DNA of 62,957 nt, the filler included, from Perkinsus chesapeaki ATCC PRA-425 (taxonomy: Eukaryota > Protista > Perkinsozoa): the NCBI GenBank assembly GCA_013115145.1. It is 8 parts of 8 records of this genome, joined end to end, with 100 filler letters (N's around TTAATTAATTAA, not from the genome) between each part and the next. Parts side by side here need not be neighbours in the genome. Positions count along the whole stretch, not along the records: positions 9,585 to 30,929 come from JAAPAO010000598.1; positions 31,030 to 34,678 come from JAAPAO010001373.1; positions 34,779 to 39,022 come from JAAPAO010001288.1; 5 more parts are not named here. One strand, 5' to 3'. Shown piece after piece: positions 23,801-37,473 of the stretch. A model generated the notes under the pieces. It made no database searches. It saw only the letters and a list, made by a program, of their open reading frames with translations, and had not been told where the DNA came from. The position numbers and the translations under genes are program-made. The first letter of the stretch is position 1, and every line of letters starts with the position of its first letter.

Positions 23801-24090
23801 ATGAAATTTCAGGCCAATTGGGATTACATGTCATCGATATAAACAGATGAGGACGGCCAAAGGATGGCACTATACACATGGCATCGTGATAGACTCTATC
23901 TGATAGAGCCCTATGGTGTATCTCGGGTTGTCTGTGAATGTTGATGGAAGCAACACTCTCCTTCCGGCAAGGCCATCCTCGTCGTTGTGGATAGCATCAA
24001 TCAAACCCGGGTATGATCTGGACTCAAGAAAGGCATCGGTGCAGGGGTGACATACACGTAGACTTTTGATCTCGTAATAAACCTGAAGGA
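20860..24090 (-). mobile_element. Decayed Helitron (Rep HUH endonuclease plus PIF1 helicase)
   Basis: GRRVLLPSTF, FGRPHLFISMTCNPNWPEI, frameshifted EF/QKRGLPHIH, MIHEPCG..CTKRFPK, NPWVVP, TKLTA, DEA..ALDRSLKDL, GDFRQVTPV, LNSI..LHKNLDAKNGHCNGTRY; stops and deletions throughout. Confidence 0.9.
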
Positions 24091-24203
24091 GAAATAGTAA
24101 AGGAAAGTGGAGGGGAGAGGTTACATTTTCCTTCGGGGACGGGCTGCTAAGCTAAGTGTTAGTGCACTCGTCACAGGCACCTAAGGTTTTGTTGTCGTAG
24201 TCC

Positions 24204-24830
24204 TCAAGCGACATCATGCAAATTGGGCAGTAGTCGCAGAAGGCGTGGGTGATATGTGGGCCGAAGGTGAGAAAAATGGGTGATGGAGAAGGAGAATGTG
24301 TTAGAGGGGTAAGGAGAAGAGCTTTGGGATCCTACCGAATCGCTTTCGAATCCTGCTGTCAGGCTACTCGCGTTATCACCTTTAAAGGTGTGCGGACTGA
24401 GTTCGGGGCCCATATCATCCATTTTGGTCATTAGCGCTGCCATAGCCTCCCTGACGGTGGTCCCCGATTCTTTCAGCGTATATCCCACCAGAAGGAGCTT
24501 GAACCTCGATGGGTTTCTTGGGAATACCCCACCTAGGATGAATATGGGAAATGGGGCGTACGATAATTTGTGCGCAAAGTCCGCCGGTATGACGTGGCAT
24601 GAATGCTCAGCTTTGAGCGCTTCGCTCGTGAAGTATCTATAGCACTCGTTATCCTCGTTCGCTCGACTAGCTGAGTAAGTAATACATATGGGATCTATTT
24701 CGGTATATGAATCCCCTTCGGCCCGAGGAGAACCTTCGCCCATTTGCAACAACTGGCGACAGAACGCCTCGGTTTCGACCAGAGAGGCTCCGGGTGCTGG
24801 TCGCTCTTTGCGGTTATCTATTCTAATCAT
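24204..24830 (-). mobile_element. MULE-like transposase fragment
   Basis: DFAHKLSYAPFPIFILGGV..LVGYTLKES..FKGDNASSL resembles the MULE core D.T(H/Y)K.N...PL...E..D. Confidence 0.5.
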
Positions 24831-26382
24831 GATCTGTTATTTCGTCAGCCCCAGCGGTAAGATTTTCTTCTCTCGTAGTACGCGATAGATAATTTGTGGT
24901 TGAAGCCTGTGAGACTTCGAATGGAGCAGTTTGACTAAATATTTACTTTGGTTCGATTTCTCCATGACAAATTTTGAGTCCTGACTCCGTCAGAGACGAG
25001 ACGCGGGTCTTAATCCTAGTTAAGGTATGTGTTTTCCAGCGAACAAAAGCTCAAGAAGGCTTCTTGTGGTGTAAGAAACTTTCTTAAAAGCTTCGATGCG
25101 TGCTCAACTATTTTACCGATCTCGATTGTATGTCTGAGTGTAAGGTGTTGATATAATAAGAGAGTATATATGTTTTGGGTGAAGAACTAACGTGCGTCGA
25201 ATGGGCTAGTCTTATCGAGAGTATTTTCCAAGTCACATCAGTAGTGGTTGGATACTCGGTGGAAATAGGGCAAGTGTTGGCGCCTGGTTCGATGCCGACT
25301 GGGGTTAGCGAACCCATCGTTTGATTCTTTGCTTCCTCGGGACCTTTTTCCTAGTTTTTTTCATCTCACAGAGGTGGGATGAGAATTAGAATCGCGCTTC
25401 AATCCTGTGCAAACTAGCTTTGTTGAATAGCTATCAAATAAACCATATCAATAAATAATAAGAAGCACCAGATGCATCATCCGCCTTCCAGATCCTATAC
25501 CACACTTCCCTAAGTATCTAGCCATTCTATCAGATTGGCGTGATGCTGTAGGTCTAGTATCCAGAGAATCATATACCTTCCATTACATACCTCTGAAACA
25601 AGGCGAAGGAAGTGTGGTATGAGCGGAGTATGCCTCCGCTTCAACTTCCATGTGGATTATAATGTCGCCGGCGGCTTCGCAACATTGTTGCGACAGTGTT
25701 GTCAACACTACCGAGCACATGGCTTGCATCAGCAATGATTCATTTCGCCTCCCTGTCATCACATCCCTTCCAACCGCTTTTGCGACGTTCCGCCATGATA
25801 GGGTTGTCATAGATATTACTTTACGTAATTGAGTGTTGGCAACAGTCGTCCTGAGAGTTAAATAAATTTGACGGATGGATTTAGTCTCTGAAGCAGCAAT
25901 GTCGTCATCAATGTTGTACCTCTAGTGTTGGCTAATAAGAAGTTTCGGTTGTTGAGTTGCACGGGAATAGGGATCTGAACAGCAGCCTTGGCGGGACTGG
26001 GTAAAGTCGGGTAGCCGTGAAGAGCATGAAGTTCGCTCCTCGTGCTTTTCTATTGAACCTAATTTGACATATTTCAAGCCTGGATGGTCTATTTTGATAT
26101 GCAGTCGATTTTCTCAATCACCTGCTTACTGCCTCGGATGCGCAGGTTTATCAGTTAGCTTACTTCACACCGCTAGTATATCATCATCTACATCTGCCTG
26201 GAATACTCAGTACTGCATCATGCATCAGCTGATCGTACACAGTTCATCTGTGAGAATAACCCTCCATGGTGGAAGTCTGCTTCTTGGTAAGCTCCTCATT
26301 GTTAATTTCTCGCTGTATTCTAAACTCGATATTCTCCATAATTTGTCTTCGGTCCTATTCTGTCTATCAGAATTTGTATAAA

Positions 26383-27393
26383 ATGACGTCTTCAATGTTG
26401 AAGGGTGGCTCCGTTCTCTTCTGCCAAAGGCGCGGATTCGCCATCACCAGCATCCGAGACGTCCGCCCTGGGCAAGTACTGAAGCTACAAGGAAAGTTTG
26501 ACAGCTCTCCAGTCCAATACTGGAGGATCAACGAACTGAACCTTGTTAAACAGAAGCAAGAGGGTGTGGCCAGTTGCATAGCGGTAGTAAATGGGAAGCT
26601 CCAATCGGACAAGGCTCGGCGAGACCGATTAACAGTGTGCTGGAGTATCTACTCCGGAGCCGCCAACTTCCCTCGGTGGACCCTCGCAATACCGTCGCTA
26701 GGAAGGCGGGAAATGTAGCCGCCTCTCTTGAAAGTCCCTCGCCTCGCCATCGTGTGCACAAATCGTCTACTAGACAACCGTGGTCGTGGATTGCAGCGCC
26801 AGACCCATTTCTACAACCATCTTGGAAAGGACGGGGAAAATGCGTTGCTAAACAAGTTGGGGGTTGATAAGATAGATGGTATGGATAGCCTCCGTTTGAT
26901 AGAATATAATTGCACATATAGAACTGAGTACGCCTTTGGTGTTATACGTTGGCTGCGTATCCCTCAATCTTCAGATAGCGTACTTGAATTTATCCACTAT
27001 GAAGAATGGTAAATGGAAAGCTCAAATGAAGGAGAGAGTGGACGGTGTGGAATACACTGTGATTGCTCATATAGCCTCTTCCTCAGTCGTTGAACTGGAT
27101 ACTAAGAACTGTCAAGTTCTCTACTACGATGAGGACGCTAGAATACTTTTTGTGAATGATGAGAACTTTAACCAGATTGAGATACCTCTCCGACTAATCA
27201 AGGGTGCCGAGAAGCTCCTTCAAGGTACCTTCGTCCCTTGCTGTTGGCAATTCCTCATTTGCTGTGTTCAGCTGGAGACACTATAGGAGTCGGAATGGAC
27301 GGCGAAGTTATAGTGCAGATAAGCCTTCCAGGAGGAGTGATCCAACAGATAAGGTCCATTGGAGTAGATGATAACGATGATGGCGATAAATGA
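26383..27393 (+). CDS. Elongation factor P-like protein with probable mitochondrial presequence, about 176 aa
   Basis: Exons 26383-26583, 26975-27044, 27087-27224, 27272-27393 join in phase. SIRDVRPGQVLKLQGK, VELDTKNCQVLYYDED, FVNDENFNQIEIP, ISLP match EF-P domains 1-2; N-terminal RRGF. Confidence 0.7.
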
Positions 27394-29145
27394 ATGGTGC
27401 ATGTTGTAAATAACAGAGTTTCTGCCGTATCGCACTTCAAGGAGAGTTCTAGTTCTCTTCAGTCAGTAACGATCTTTGAAGAGCAGGTGAAGCGATGAAA
27501 GCGAATAAAATTCACGAAAGATCTCAAATACACACCACTCATAATTGAACCTCCAATGCCCTGTTTGAGACCAAGGTGGAAACGCTCAAGAGATGAAGTG
27601 TCGTCGGGAGAGCCTCGCCGAGTAGGAGCTCCCTGTCGAGTTAAGCAATATGATGTAGCTCACACCTCCCCATAAGTAATTGCTTGTTGCACCTTAAAGG
27701 ATAAGAACAGTAACAGAGGTTTATGCTTTCGTAAGGGCACCCCCGATATTGATTCGAGATTGACAATAACGCAAAGCTTGAATTGCGATGTGGTTTGCAA
27801 ACCGTGCAGTGACAAAGTGGCTTGTGAGGAATACTGAATCAAGATCCATTGAGCATGTTGTTTAGTCTTCCGCCCAGCGTTCCGTGACATGGAGTGCCAT
27901 CGGCGAGCACTATAATCCTACTCATGTGGACCCTGGTGCTCTCCTTGCCCTTCATGAGGCTTACAACTTCTGGAAAATATTATGTGTTTGTCGTTGGACA
28001 TGTATTGCCACTGAGACGAATCGCTATTAACCTGCCCATGCTACATGATACAGTTGCGTAAAAACAACGGGAGTTGTGTGAAATCGCTCCTTCGGAACGT
28101 CTAGGTCCTCCAATTCGCGGTAGATGCGTCCATGGGACGAGAGATGGAGGGGATGTGTGGACGGAACACGTTCTTGCTCAGTTCCCAACCCTAATAGAGA
28201 TTGGTTTGTACAAGTCCCTCGCCTCACTAAACTCTTGCATACCTCTTTCTACTACAAAGTTCATAGCTAATCGATTACCGCGATTTGGAAACTACGGTAT
28301 TCGCGCAAATTCACGTGAAGTTCGTGCGCTTAAAGTTATGATCCCGAGAGCCTAGTGGCGGTTGCTCTATTCCAAGATTTCTTGTAGTGTTTTTGTTCGC
28401 GCAGAAGCACGCACGCGCCCCGCCCTGCACGCGTGCACTTCGCGCTGCACGCATGGGCCCCAGGTTTCACACCTCCGAGTGCTGCGATGAGCCGAAAGGA
28501 GCGGAAGGGTCCAGGACCTGAGGCGAACGATGATGTGGATGAGGCACGTCACCGTAAACGTCGTTAAGGGCTCAGCCTTTTGCTAAGAACGTCGAGTAAA
28601 CGACTCGACGCTGCCACCACAAGTGTGCAGGGGCCCTCTTCGAGACGGTCACATAATGTCTAATGTCTCACATATGGTCTGTGATAGTTTACACTCTGTA
28701 GCTCTTTGTAGTTTTCATAAGTACGCTATTCCCCCAAGAGCTTCTTGCCTTCTTCATCCATGATACGTTACGCGTGTAACCTCCCATTTGCTTATATGCT
28801 AACTTGTGTTCTGAACTGGAAAACAGACTATGACGAATGGGGGCAATGTCCGCCTCCGCGACTGACGACTAAGTCAACTAGCGTATCACTTGCAGAGAGT
28901 AAATACGGATTTCTAAGAGATTTATTTTTCCAGCAACTGAGATTTCTCGAGATGCGCTTGTCTCCGCTGATGATTTGCACAGCTTCCTAGCTTCGATCTC
29001 AGGCTAGCCTTCTGCACACATGAGACCGTCTAGCTAATCCACGCTCTAGCTGGCTTCCGCTACAGCACCAATCTATTGGAGTGCGACTCTGGTTTGTGAA
29101 TCGCTGTGACTCGTTTCGTTTGTAGCTTTTACTTTCGTTCCACAG

Positions 29146-30929
29146 ATGTATAGAGGAGGTCTCTTGGTCTTCAATCTCGCTCTCGTGTCGGCCGCACCTT
29201 TCTTGGGTAAAGAGCCCAGCACTGCTAATAAGGTATCCATCACTCTATCTACTACTAATGATGTTTACTCTATGTATGCCCGCCCGATGTCTGGTAACGG
29301 ATACTTCTTCGAAGGCACCCCTTCTGCTGACTTTTATTCAATGTGCGAGAAGGACGGTGATAACTGTTACGGCGAGGCCGCTGCCAAAGGCATGCCCGAA
29401 GCTGCTGTTGGTAAACTATATGAAATGGACATGCCAGCCACTGGTGGTAAAGTGATGACTAATGAAGACAGCGGTTGTGTAGACCCTTCCCTGTTTGATG
29501 ATATGGTACGTGATCCTTCTACAGCATGGGGTAATACAGCTCAAATGGCTGGTACGTATAAGTATCTTGGGCTTACTGCTGATACTGATGAGTATATAAG
29601 TATGCTTCCTGGTGACTTCGTTGCGATGTCTTATCTCTCCTCCATCACTTACGGCGAGCATATGGTTGATATGATGAATGCGGGTGAAGTTGATTTGGTC
29701 ACATTTGGCAATCATGAGTTTCAGTTTAAGAACAAGTGTCCTCCAGCTGACATGGCTAATCATCCTGAATATAATGATGTATGTGTCGCTTGGAACATGG
29801 CTACTGGTAACTTCCTTTACCTCGGTAGCAACGTATATGAGGATAAGGAGAAGACTGTTCGTTTCGGAAGCAAGTTGGAGGTTGATGATGAGATATCTTT
29901 TGTCAACGCTACAGTCCCCAAGAACCAGAAGGTATTCGGTGAGGAGCCTAGCTATTATGCTATCTCTGGAAATTATTGGTATAAGATGGTTAAAGGTAAA
30001 AAAGTTTGTTTCGCTGGCACTACCGAGACTTCTGCTTCTCAATCGATCGTTGGCGACAGCAACGTATGGTTATCCGACATGATGGACGCTGGTGTTGATG
30101 CTACTCGCGAGATGAACGATGATGGTTGTAATTTAGTAATCGTTCTCACTCATCAACGTGAAGGTTTTGATGTCCTATTTTGGAGAAAGGCTGTTGTTGA
30201 GGAGGGTATCAAGATTGATGCTATTATCGGAGGTCATGATCATTTCCCAGCCTTCTTGAACTTGCAACATCCCACCAAGCCTGATATAATCACTCCAGTA
30301 TGGAAGATGGGCATGGACGGCCAAATGCTCGGCAAGTTTGTATTCGACTTTGATGATGAGAATCCAAATGGGAAGCTGAGATTTGCCCATGCCATACCTG
30401 TATTTGATGGTCAATGTGATCAACACTTTATTGGTACTGATAATGAAGAGTGGTGGAATAATAATGTTATGCAAACTTGGACTCATTGGGTGGAGCCTAT
30501 CAAACCTATGGCGGAGACCAACATGGATAATCTGCTCTTCAAGGGTTTGTATGATACTGCGGATATCAGGTCTGCCGAGTCGCGCGTTGGCAACATGTTA
30601 GCTGACCTCTTCCTGTGTAACTCGTCCGTTACTTTCGCAGCTCTTGATGGTGGTAACATTCGTTACGGATTGAGTCAGCTCTTTGCTGAACGTATTCCTC
30701 TTACCGAGTTGTACTTGTATGAAGAAAACCCTTTCCTTGGCGGATTGGTGTCTTATGATATGTCCTTGATGGAGTTGTTCGGTTATGTACTCTACTCGGC
30801 TCCGATTGTGATGGGAATTGGAAATGCGGCTCGCCCTGTTACTTCCGGATTCGAGGTTGAGATCGACCCAGCAACTACTAAGCACGGTGGTGTTACTCTC
30901 ATCCGGTTTACTGGAACTAGTCACATGGC
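29146..30929 (+). CDS. Secreted 5'-nucleotidase / calcineurin-like metallophosphoesterase, truncated by the spacer
   Basis: Signal peptide; TNDVY, PGDF..SYLSSITYGEHMVDMMN, FGNHEF, LTHQ, IIGGHDH, RSAESRVGNMLAD, DGGNIR. Confidence 0.88.
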
Positions 30930-31029
30930 NNNNNNNNNNNNNNNNNNNNNNNNNNNNNNNNNNNNNNNNNNNNTTAATTAATTAANNNNNNNNNNNNNNN
31001 NNNNNNNNNNNNNNNNNNNNNNNNNNNNN
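30930..31029. other. Artificial contig spacer
   Basis: N44-TTAATTAATTAA-N44. Confidence 0.97.
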
Positions 31030-31372
31030 TGCCCAGGAGGCACAGGACGGGACACTAGTCTCGCTCCCCCGTGGCCCTAGCCACGGGCTTAACTCTTCAA
31101 AAGGCTTTAGCCATTGCAGAGGGTCTTCTATTCGTAGAAGTAGTAGCCCCACGGGCCTCTCTCTTTCCAATGCTCTCTTAAGAGCCACCCCCCCACTAGC
31201 ACTAAAGCTGGCTATGATACCGGGAAGTTCCAATTCTCATTTGTTGGTCACCCGGGAATCTGGCTAGTAATGCTGCTTATCCCAGTTGGCCATGTCTGCT
31301 TATCATTTTTGCGCTATCATTCTCCCTCATATTGTCAACAGGTGTTAGTTTGTTTCCTCCCCCCTCTATCAA

Positions 31373-33347
31373 ATGTCCCAACCCCCATCCTCCCGCTCCA
31401 ACGACCCTCCGACTGAAGCCGAGATGCGCGCCGCTGAGGAAGCCGTCACAGGGGAAGCGACACCCAGCAACATGAAGACCGTCAGTGGGAAGAATCGGTT
31501 CTTTCTGTGATACATAACCTCACCAAGAGCAACTGCTCCGGAAGGCCATCTCAACAGCATTACTACACACCCGGTACCGTCGCCGACTACATCGAGAAGG
31601 CCCCGGCTTTCGAGGGTATCTGCTTTGACCAAAACCCCCCTGAGGAGGTGCTCGCCACGGCGGTAGACACCCCCCCAAGCAACCGCTTGACCTACCTACT
31701 AACGCTTCCACTAAAGAAGTTGTCGGGTGGTGATGAGTATGACTCTCTGAGGATCTCGGAGGATAACTTCCTGTTATCAGACTACATTCGTGTAATCATT
31801 AGATGGGCCATCTGTCTATCCCTGATAAGCACTTATGCTAACGACATGGATACCATTCCAGTCGGTTATCTTCTCGGACATCTCGAGTCCATCTTGGCTA
31901 GTACCGGAGCCTTGTCATTCTCCGGGAAACCGGGAGGGGCCTTGGCCGCCCCATTTTACCACAGGCTGTCCATCAGGAAGGCTGCTGAAGCCACTCGCCG
32001 TGGTCTACCTATGAAGGCCATCTTTCAAGACCTGAGTATAATGGATCAGAACCTGGCCCTGAGAGCGGCCAACGAGGCTGTGGCCGCCAGAGAAAAGAAG
32101 ACGAAGTCCTGGCGTGGCTGGCAGAACTCCAGCAGCAGCAATGGTAAGAACAACCACTACTCCTACAGCACCAACAACAAGAAATCTCGTGATAAGCCAT
32201 GGAACAAGAGTTCCGATAAAAAGGAGATCACTAACAATGACAATGACAACAGCAACGGCTCCAACAAAAAGTCCAAGCAGTGACCCTCCGGTGCTCTTCC
32301 TGAGTGGCCAGGTCCATCTATCAGTATGCAAGTATAACCAGTAAAACCCTTAGGCCGATTCGTTTACCCGCCATCAGCGGGGTGCAAGTACGTCCACCGT
32401 ACCACTAAGTCTGATCGTCCAGGTCATAACCACTATCATAGTAATCTCTAATTTCATAGCCAACTCTCTTTGCGTTGAGCAGTGTCAATAACAAAGGCAC
32501 ACACAGCCTACGGCTTAAGTAGCCTATTATCTACATGCCCGCGACAGCTACCTACAACTCCGCGCCCAAAGCTGATGCCAGGCGCAGGAAAAGGCTACGG
32601 AAATCAGCGGCGCGTCCCATCGCCCTGGGACAACTCAGGTCGATCATCCACGAAAGCGAGTTATCCGAGGACCCACATCCTCGGTTCTTCTACACGAGCC
32701 CCAAGATCGATGCAGCCAAGCTCAGAGACTACAAACTGACGGGGGGCGCTCTAGAGCACCTCACATGGGCTCGTCAGCGTGGGAACCCCCTGCGTTCCAA
32801 ACCCACTCTTCCTCACTCCCTGTCAGCAGCCATTCAAGCTCACAAACAATCGGAGAGTGATGCTATTAATGAGTCGCGTCGCAAAGTCATGAATTTCCTC
32901 AAGTCTCGAGCATCGCAACTTAGCTCGCAGGCTGATGAAGTCAGGCAGAAAATGCCCACGGATGTCCGGGCCATCAGCGGGCGTTTGAACATCCCGCTCT
33001 TAAGAGAGCTCATTCTCTTAACGGACTATACTGATACTAGTCTACCACAAGATCTTCAGGAAGGCATGGACGTCGTCGGCAGACTGCCGTATATAAAAGG
33101 GGTTTTCGCTGAACGGCAGAAGCCTGTACGCGAGGACAACACTTTCATGGATCCAGAACACCTCCTCGACTCCTCCATGTCAAACTTGGACAATCTCCTC
33201 GAACAGATCAAAGGACGGGGGTTTGATCAAGGAATCTGGGAGTCTTGCCTAAAAGAAGTGGGTGATGACTTCATGGAAGGTCCGATAACACTAGCGGAGG
33301 CTAAACACCGATACGGCAAGTTCGTCTTGCTAAGGCTCGAGCTTTGA
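31373..33347 (+). mobile_element. Truncated YR-retrotransposon fragment (frameshifted gag-like ORF plus N-terminal part of RT ORF)
   Basis: LNIPLLRELILLTDYTDTSLPQDLQEGMDVVG..GVF..CLKEV...MEGP aligns with the pre-RT region of the other two elements; ends before the RT core. Confidence 0.75.
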
Positions 33348-34678
33348 GGCGTTGCTCCACTTGTACATGCACGGAGTCATCTTGGTTATGGAGGTAAGCG
33401 AGGGGGGAGTCGTATGATGCTGGCTTGACTGTCTTCGGCGTTAGAAATGGTAGTACCTGTCTACCAAAAAATACAGTAGCTGGAGCTATACCCATTGTAG
33501 CATTTCGGGTAATATTATAGCTAAAAATCAAGTAGGGTAGTTGGGATTTCCAATCGCCGTAGTCACGGAATGTTCGAAGTAGATTAAGAATAGAAGAATT
33601 CATGCGTTCGATCATCCCGTGAGAATATGGGGCCCTACTTGGCGAATGATCCTGTTGAACATTGAATGCTTTAAGTACCGATTTCACTTCAGGACTCTTC
33701 AAATTGGATCCATTATCACATAACGGACGTGTGGGAGGACCGTATGTCAAGAAGAAATCCACAAGGTAAAGGGCAGTGTGGAGTCCATCAGCAACATTAG
33801 CTAAATATGCTTTCGTGAATTCAGAAAATGCATCTTGTATCACAAAAATCATTTGGCCTTCAATGGTTAAGTAATCTATAAGTATAATCTCCAATGGATA
33901 GCTAGGTAGAATCGAAACGAAGCTGTTGAGGATTTGGCCTTGTATCGTACTCTTAACACGTTGACAAATGTCACAGCTAGTAGTATAAAATTCACAATCG
34001 ATACTTATATACGGCCAGTATGTCACTTTGCTGATCAAATCACACATTCTCACTGCTCCGCAATGCCCTGCATACACTGAGTCGTGGTGACTCTGGAGTA
34101 TACGAGGACGTAGTGCGGGTGGGATATAGACTACAGGTAAACCGACTGCCTTCTTGTGGTGGATTAACCCGTTACGCATAGTATAGCCACGTTCACCAAC
34201 CGTAGGAGGGTATGGGTCTTGTTCCTGACCTCGTCGGATTTCTTGTAGGGTTACTGGTTGAGGTTGCCACTTTAGTACTCCTAGATATCCTGGTTGGTAG
34301 AAATCTTCTTCACGTAGCTGGTTCTTGCTTGAGATACAGTTAACCATGCTGGCGATCTTGTCAGGCCTATTGGCAAAAGTCTTCTCATATGTCACCAAAG
34401 TATCTAAGAAGGAATGCCGAGTTAATTGGTCACTGGGATTCTTCTTGCCATCGATATGTTCAATAGATCATTCACAACCAATTGCAGTAAGTAGTTCTTT
34501 AGTAATAACATATTCTCGATGTATAAGCTCCACGTGATTGCGGCTAGCTGCTGGTATAGATTTTACACGTTCGTTCTTAATAACATTGTAGACCACTTTT
34601 GAATCAGTAAAGAACTCGATGGGACCAATCTTCTGCTTAGCTAATGTCTGTAGTCGACTAATAAAGCTTATAGAGGAA
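33330..34678 (-). mobile_element. Ty3/gypsy-type LTR retrotransposon fragment (RNase H end plus integrase)
   Basis: FTDSK..HIDGKKNPSDQLTR with an in-frame TGA; HHDSVYAGH..SCDICQR (HHCC), IILIDYL, DNGSNL, GMIERMN, YN...ATMGIAP..FFGR. Confidence 0.9.
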
Positions 34679-34778
34679 NNNNNNNNNNNNNNNNNNNNNN
34701 NNNNNNNNNNNNNNNNNNNNNNTTAATTAATTAANNNNNNNNNNNNNNNNNNNNNNNNNNNNNNNNNNNNNNNNNNNN
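34679..34778. other. Artificial contig spacer
   Basis: N44-TTAATTAATTAA-N44. Confidence 0.97.
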
Positions 34779-35208
34779 GTAGCCGAAGCGTGGCCATTCT
34801 GGATGAACGTCGATATCTCCTTTGCAAGCCAAACTGTATCTTTCGACGCGACCGCTTCTTCGGCAGCACCGCGCATGTCACGGGCGGTTTTTACTCGCCT
34901 ACGTTGACTATTCGGCAATCGGGATTTACCTGTACAAAACTAGACTCACTTAATTTAAATTTGAACGAAGTGCATGTTTGCTAATTGACTTGTTGCTCAT
35001 AAAGCTTACTATCCACTAAGGATAGTAATACTATTATAGTATTACTAGTAAAGAGTCCCACTTTGCCACAACTGAATGCCCGATCCAGGCAGGACAATTG
35101 ACAAAAGAACATGTAATAGACTATACGGAAACGAATACTAACCGGTCTAACATATCGGTTAAACAATAAGAACCGCTACGGAACCAACATTAGGCACCGT
35201 ACAAAGGA

Positions 35209-37361
35209 TTAATGACGGATCTTCGAAATTGGGTTACCCGACGAGTTATGCCTTTTTTTGACCATCTGATTTGCTGATTTCAAACTGTTAGCATTCACCA
35301 AAACCTCAATCCAGGATTCCGGAAGTACTTCCGCAGGATTGCTAGATCTACTTATGCGATCGGCATAAACATTCTCAGCCGATGGTACATAACAGACATC
35401 AAATCGATGAGCAATGCATCCTAATTTTAATGCCATCGCCTTCAACAATTCGTTTATCCGATAGGTGGAGGATCTAAATTTCTGAAACTGCACTTTAGTA
35501 CCGGTGTTATCGGTCTCAAGGCTAACCCAAATCCTCTCCTCTCTCACCAATGCAAATTTGTCAATGGCCAACAAAAGACCGAGGCATGCCGCAAGGGTTT
35601 CTAGGAAAACCATATCTCTGCAAGACGGCTTCAAAGGGTCTTCCAAAAATCGTCGCCACCAGCCCAGGTTGGCGCCTCCGCGAATGTCCAGCTTATACCA
35701 ATAAGTGACCGGACCAAAGGAAGCCCACGCACCCAACGCTGTGGCAGACGCATCACTTGCAATGAGAACTGCAGGAGTCTCCCCAAAAGGTGCCGGAACT
35801 GGAAGACGAACTCGGAAATAATTATTTTCAAGCAGATCCTGCCACCATCGCAAAGCTTTGAAAAGCTCGGACTGCCGAGAGACACGAGCACGAACAATAT
35901 TATGTTTCCTCAAGCCCGCCAAGCGAGAATAGAATGGAGAAAGGAACGGCCGACAGAAACTACAAACCATCGACAAGCGTGCCAATTTACCAGTGAGTGA
36001 CTCCAAAGTTCGGGTAGGAACCGACTGGACACTGCTTACCACCGATCGCAGCAACTTTTTGATCTCACTAAACTTATCGTCCGGAATTGCAATCATAACC
36101 GGATTGCTATTCAAGATCAAATCGAATCCAATAAACTTGATGCGATCACTACGGAAGCATAACTTAGACCATGATATCGTGACACCAACGAACGAGATGA
36201 GGATAATCACGACACAAATGATCTTTAGCGCCATTGCGGCGACCAGCAGCCACAAGAAGTCATCGATATACACCATCGAGCCAGCCCCTCCCACTACGGA
36301 GAGCTTCTGCAGAACACAGATAAAATGGACGAACGTTCTCAAAACTCTGAGCAACTTAGAGGATAGTCGACAGAAACCCCAAGGAGCGCTACAAACTCCA
36401 AAAGGAATCATTAGGTGCTCGTAGCCCCACTTCTCTTCTCCGGAAGTGACCGCCACAGAACAATAACGCCTATCGGCAGGCAATAGGCCTATATGCCTAT
36501 ACGCCCCCTTCAAGTCCATTATGACACCTATACTATCAACTTTTTCCCCATTATTGTCATACATAACCTGTTGTATTAACTTGACGATATCTCTCAATCG
36601 GGGTAGACAAACCCTCTCGACTAGATTGATCCTACTATTAGCCTTACTGCGACGGTAGTCCTCCACTAAGCGTAATTCTGCTGAGCCTGCTTTGGGAATC
36701 GCCGCCACTCGGGAAAAACAGCGGCGCTCGTCCCACATCTCATCATGAGATAACGGCCGCATGCGTCCCAAGCGAACCTCCTCTTCTATCATCCTCAAGA
36801 CGGTAGCATTTTCGCTCTCGGCCGAGCCATAGTTCTTGAACGACCTCTGCAGTCGGCTCAATACCTCGTCCTCCGTTACTTGTGCATCCGATGTAGGACC
36901 GTGCTCGGGGAAAACGCCTGAAGGCTGTAGGCTTCCAGAAAAGCCTAAAGCCATCCCGAAATCAATTTCCTCGCATAAGCGACTATCGTTCATATTGTCA
37001 TTGGTCAACTTGCTTAGCCATTGAAGGAGATCCGGCCTCAGCGGGCCGCCTACTCTAGCCGTTCTCGAACTTACTTCAAAACGTTCAGAGACCCTACCGT
37101 GTAGATGATCTACCGCGCGTTCGAACAAACCCTTAATCTCATCAACTTTTAGAGGATCAAGCTTTCCATCTGCATGAACAGCGGCTTGTAAAACTTCTGT
37201 GAGTTTGAAATCATCAATGGTACTTAACACTTCCGTTACAAAACAGCTTAGTTGCGGGCTCGGACTTGAGAGGGAATCCTCCGTCGGGAACACTCTTGGC
37301 CTACCGCTACCGTCTTGATAATCACCGGCAGTTTGGACTCGTGCCTCCCGGCCAGGATTAC
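35209..37361 (-). CDS. RT / RNase H ORF, no ATG ahead of the conserved region
   Basis: MDLKGAYRH, IPFG, YIDD, ASDASA, LETLA, ETDN, NVYADRISR; frame open from about 37364. Confidence 0.9.
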
Positions 37362-37473
37362 CTAATTAACAAACTCGTTGAAACGAGCGCAAAGCTCACT
37401 GATTCACACGAGAAACCATTGATGAATACTACTATACGGCCTTGAGCCGTAACACTCTCAACTTCACTTAAAT

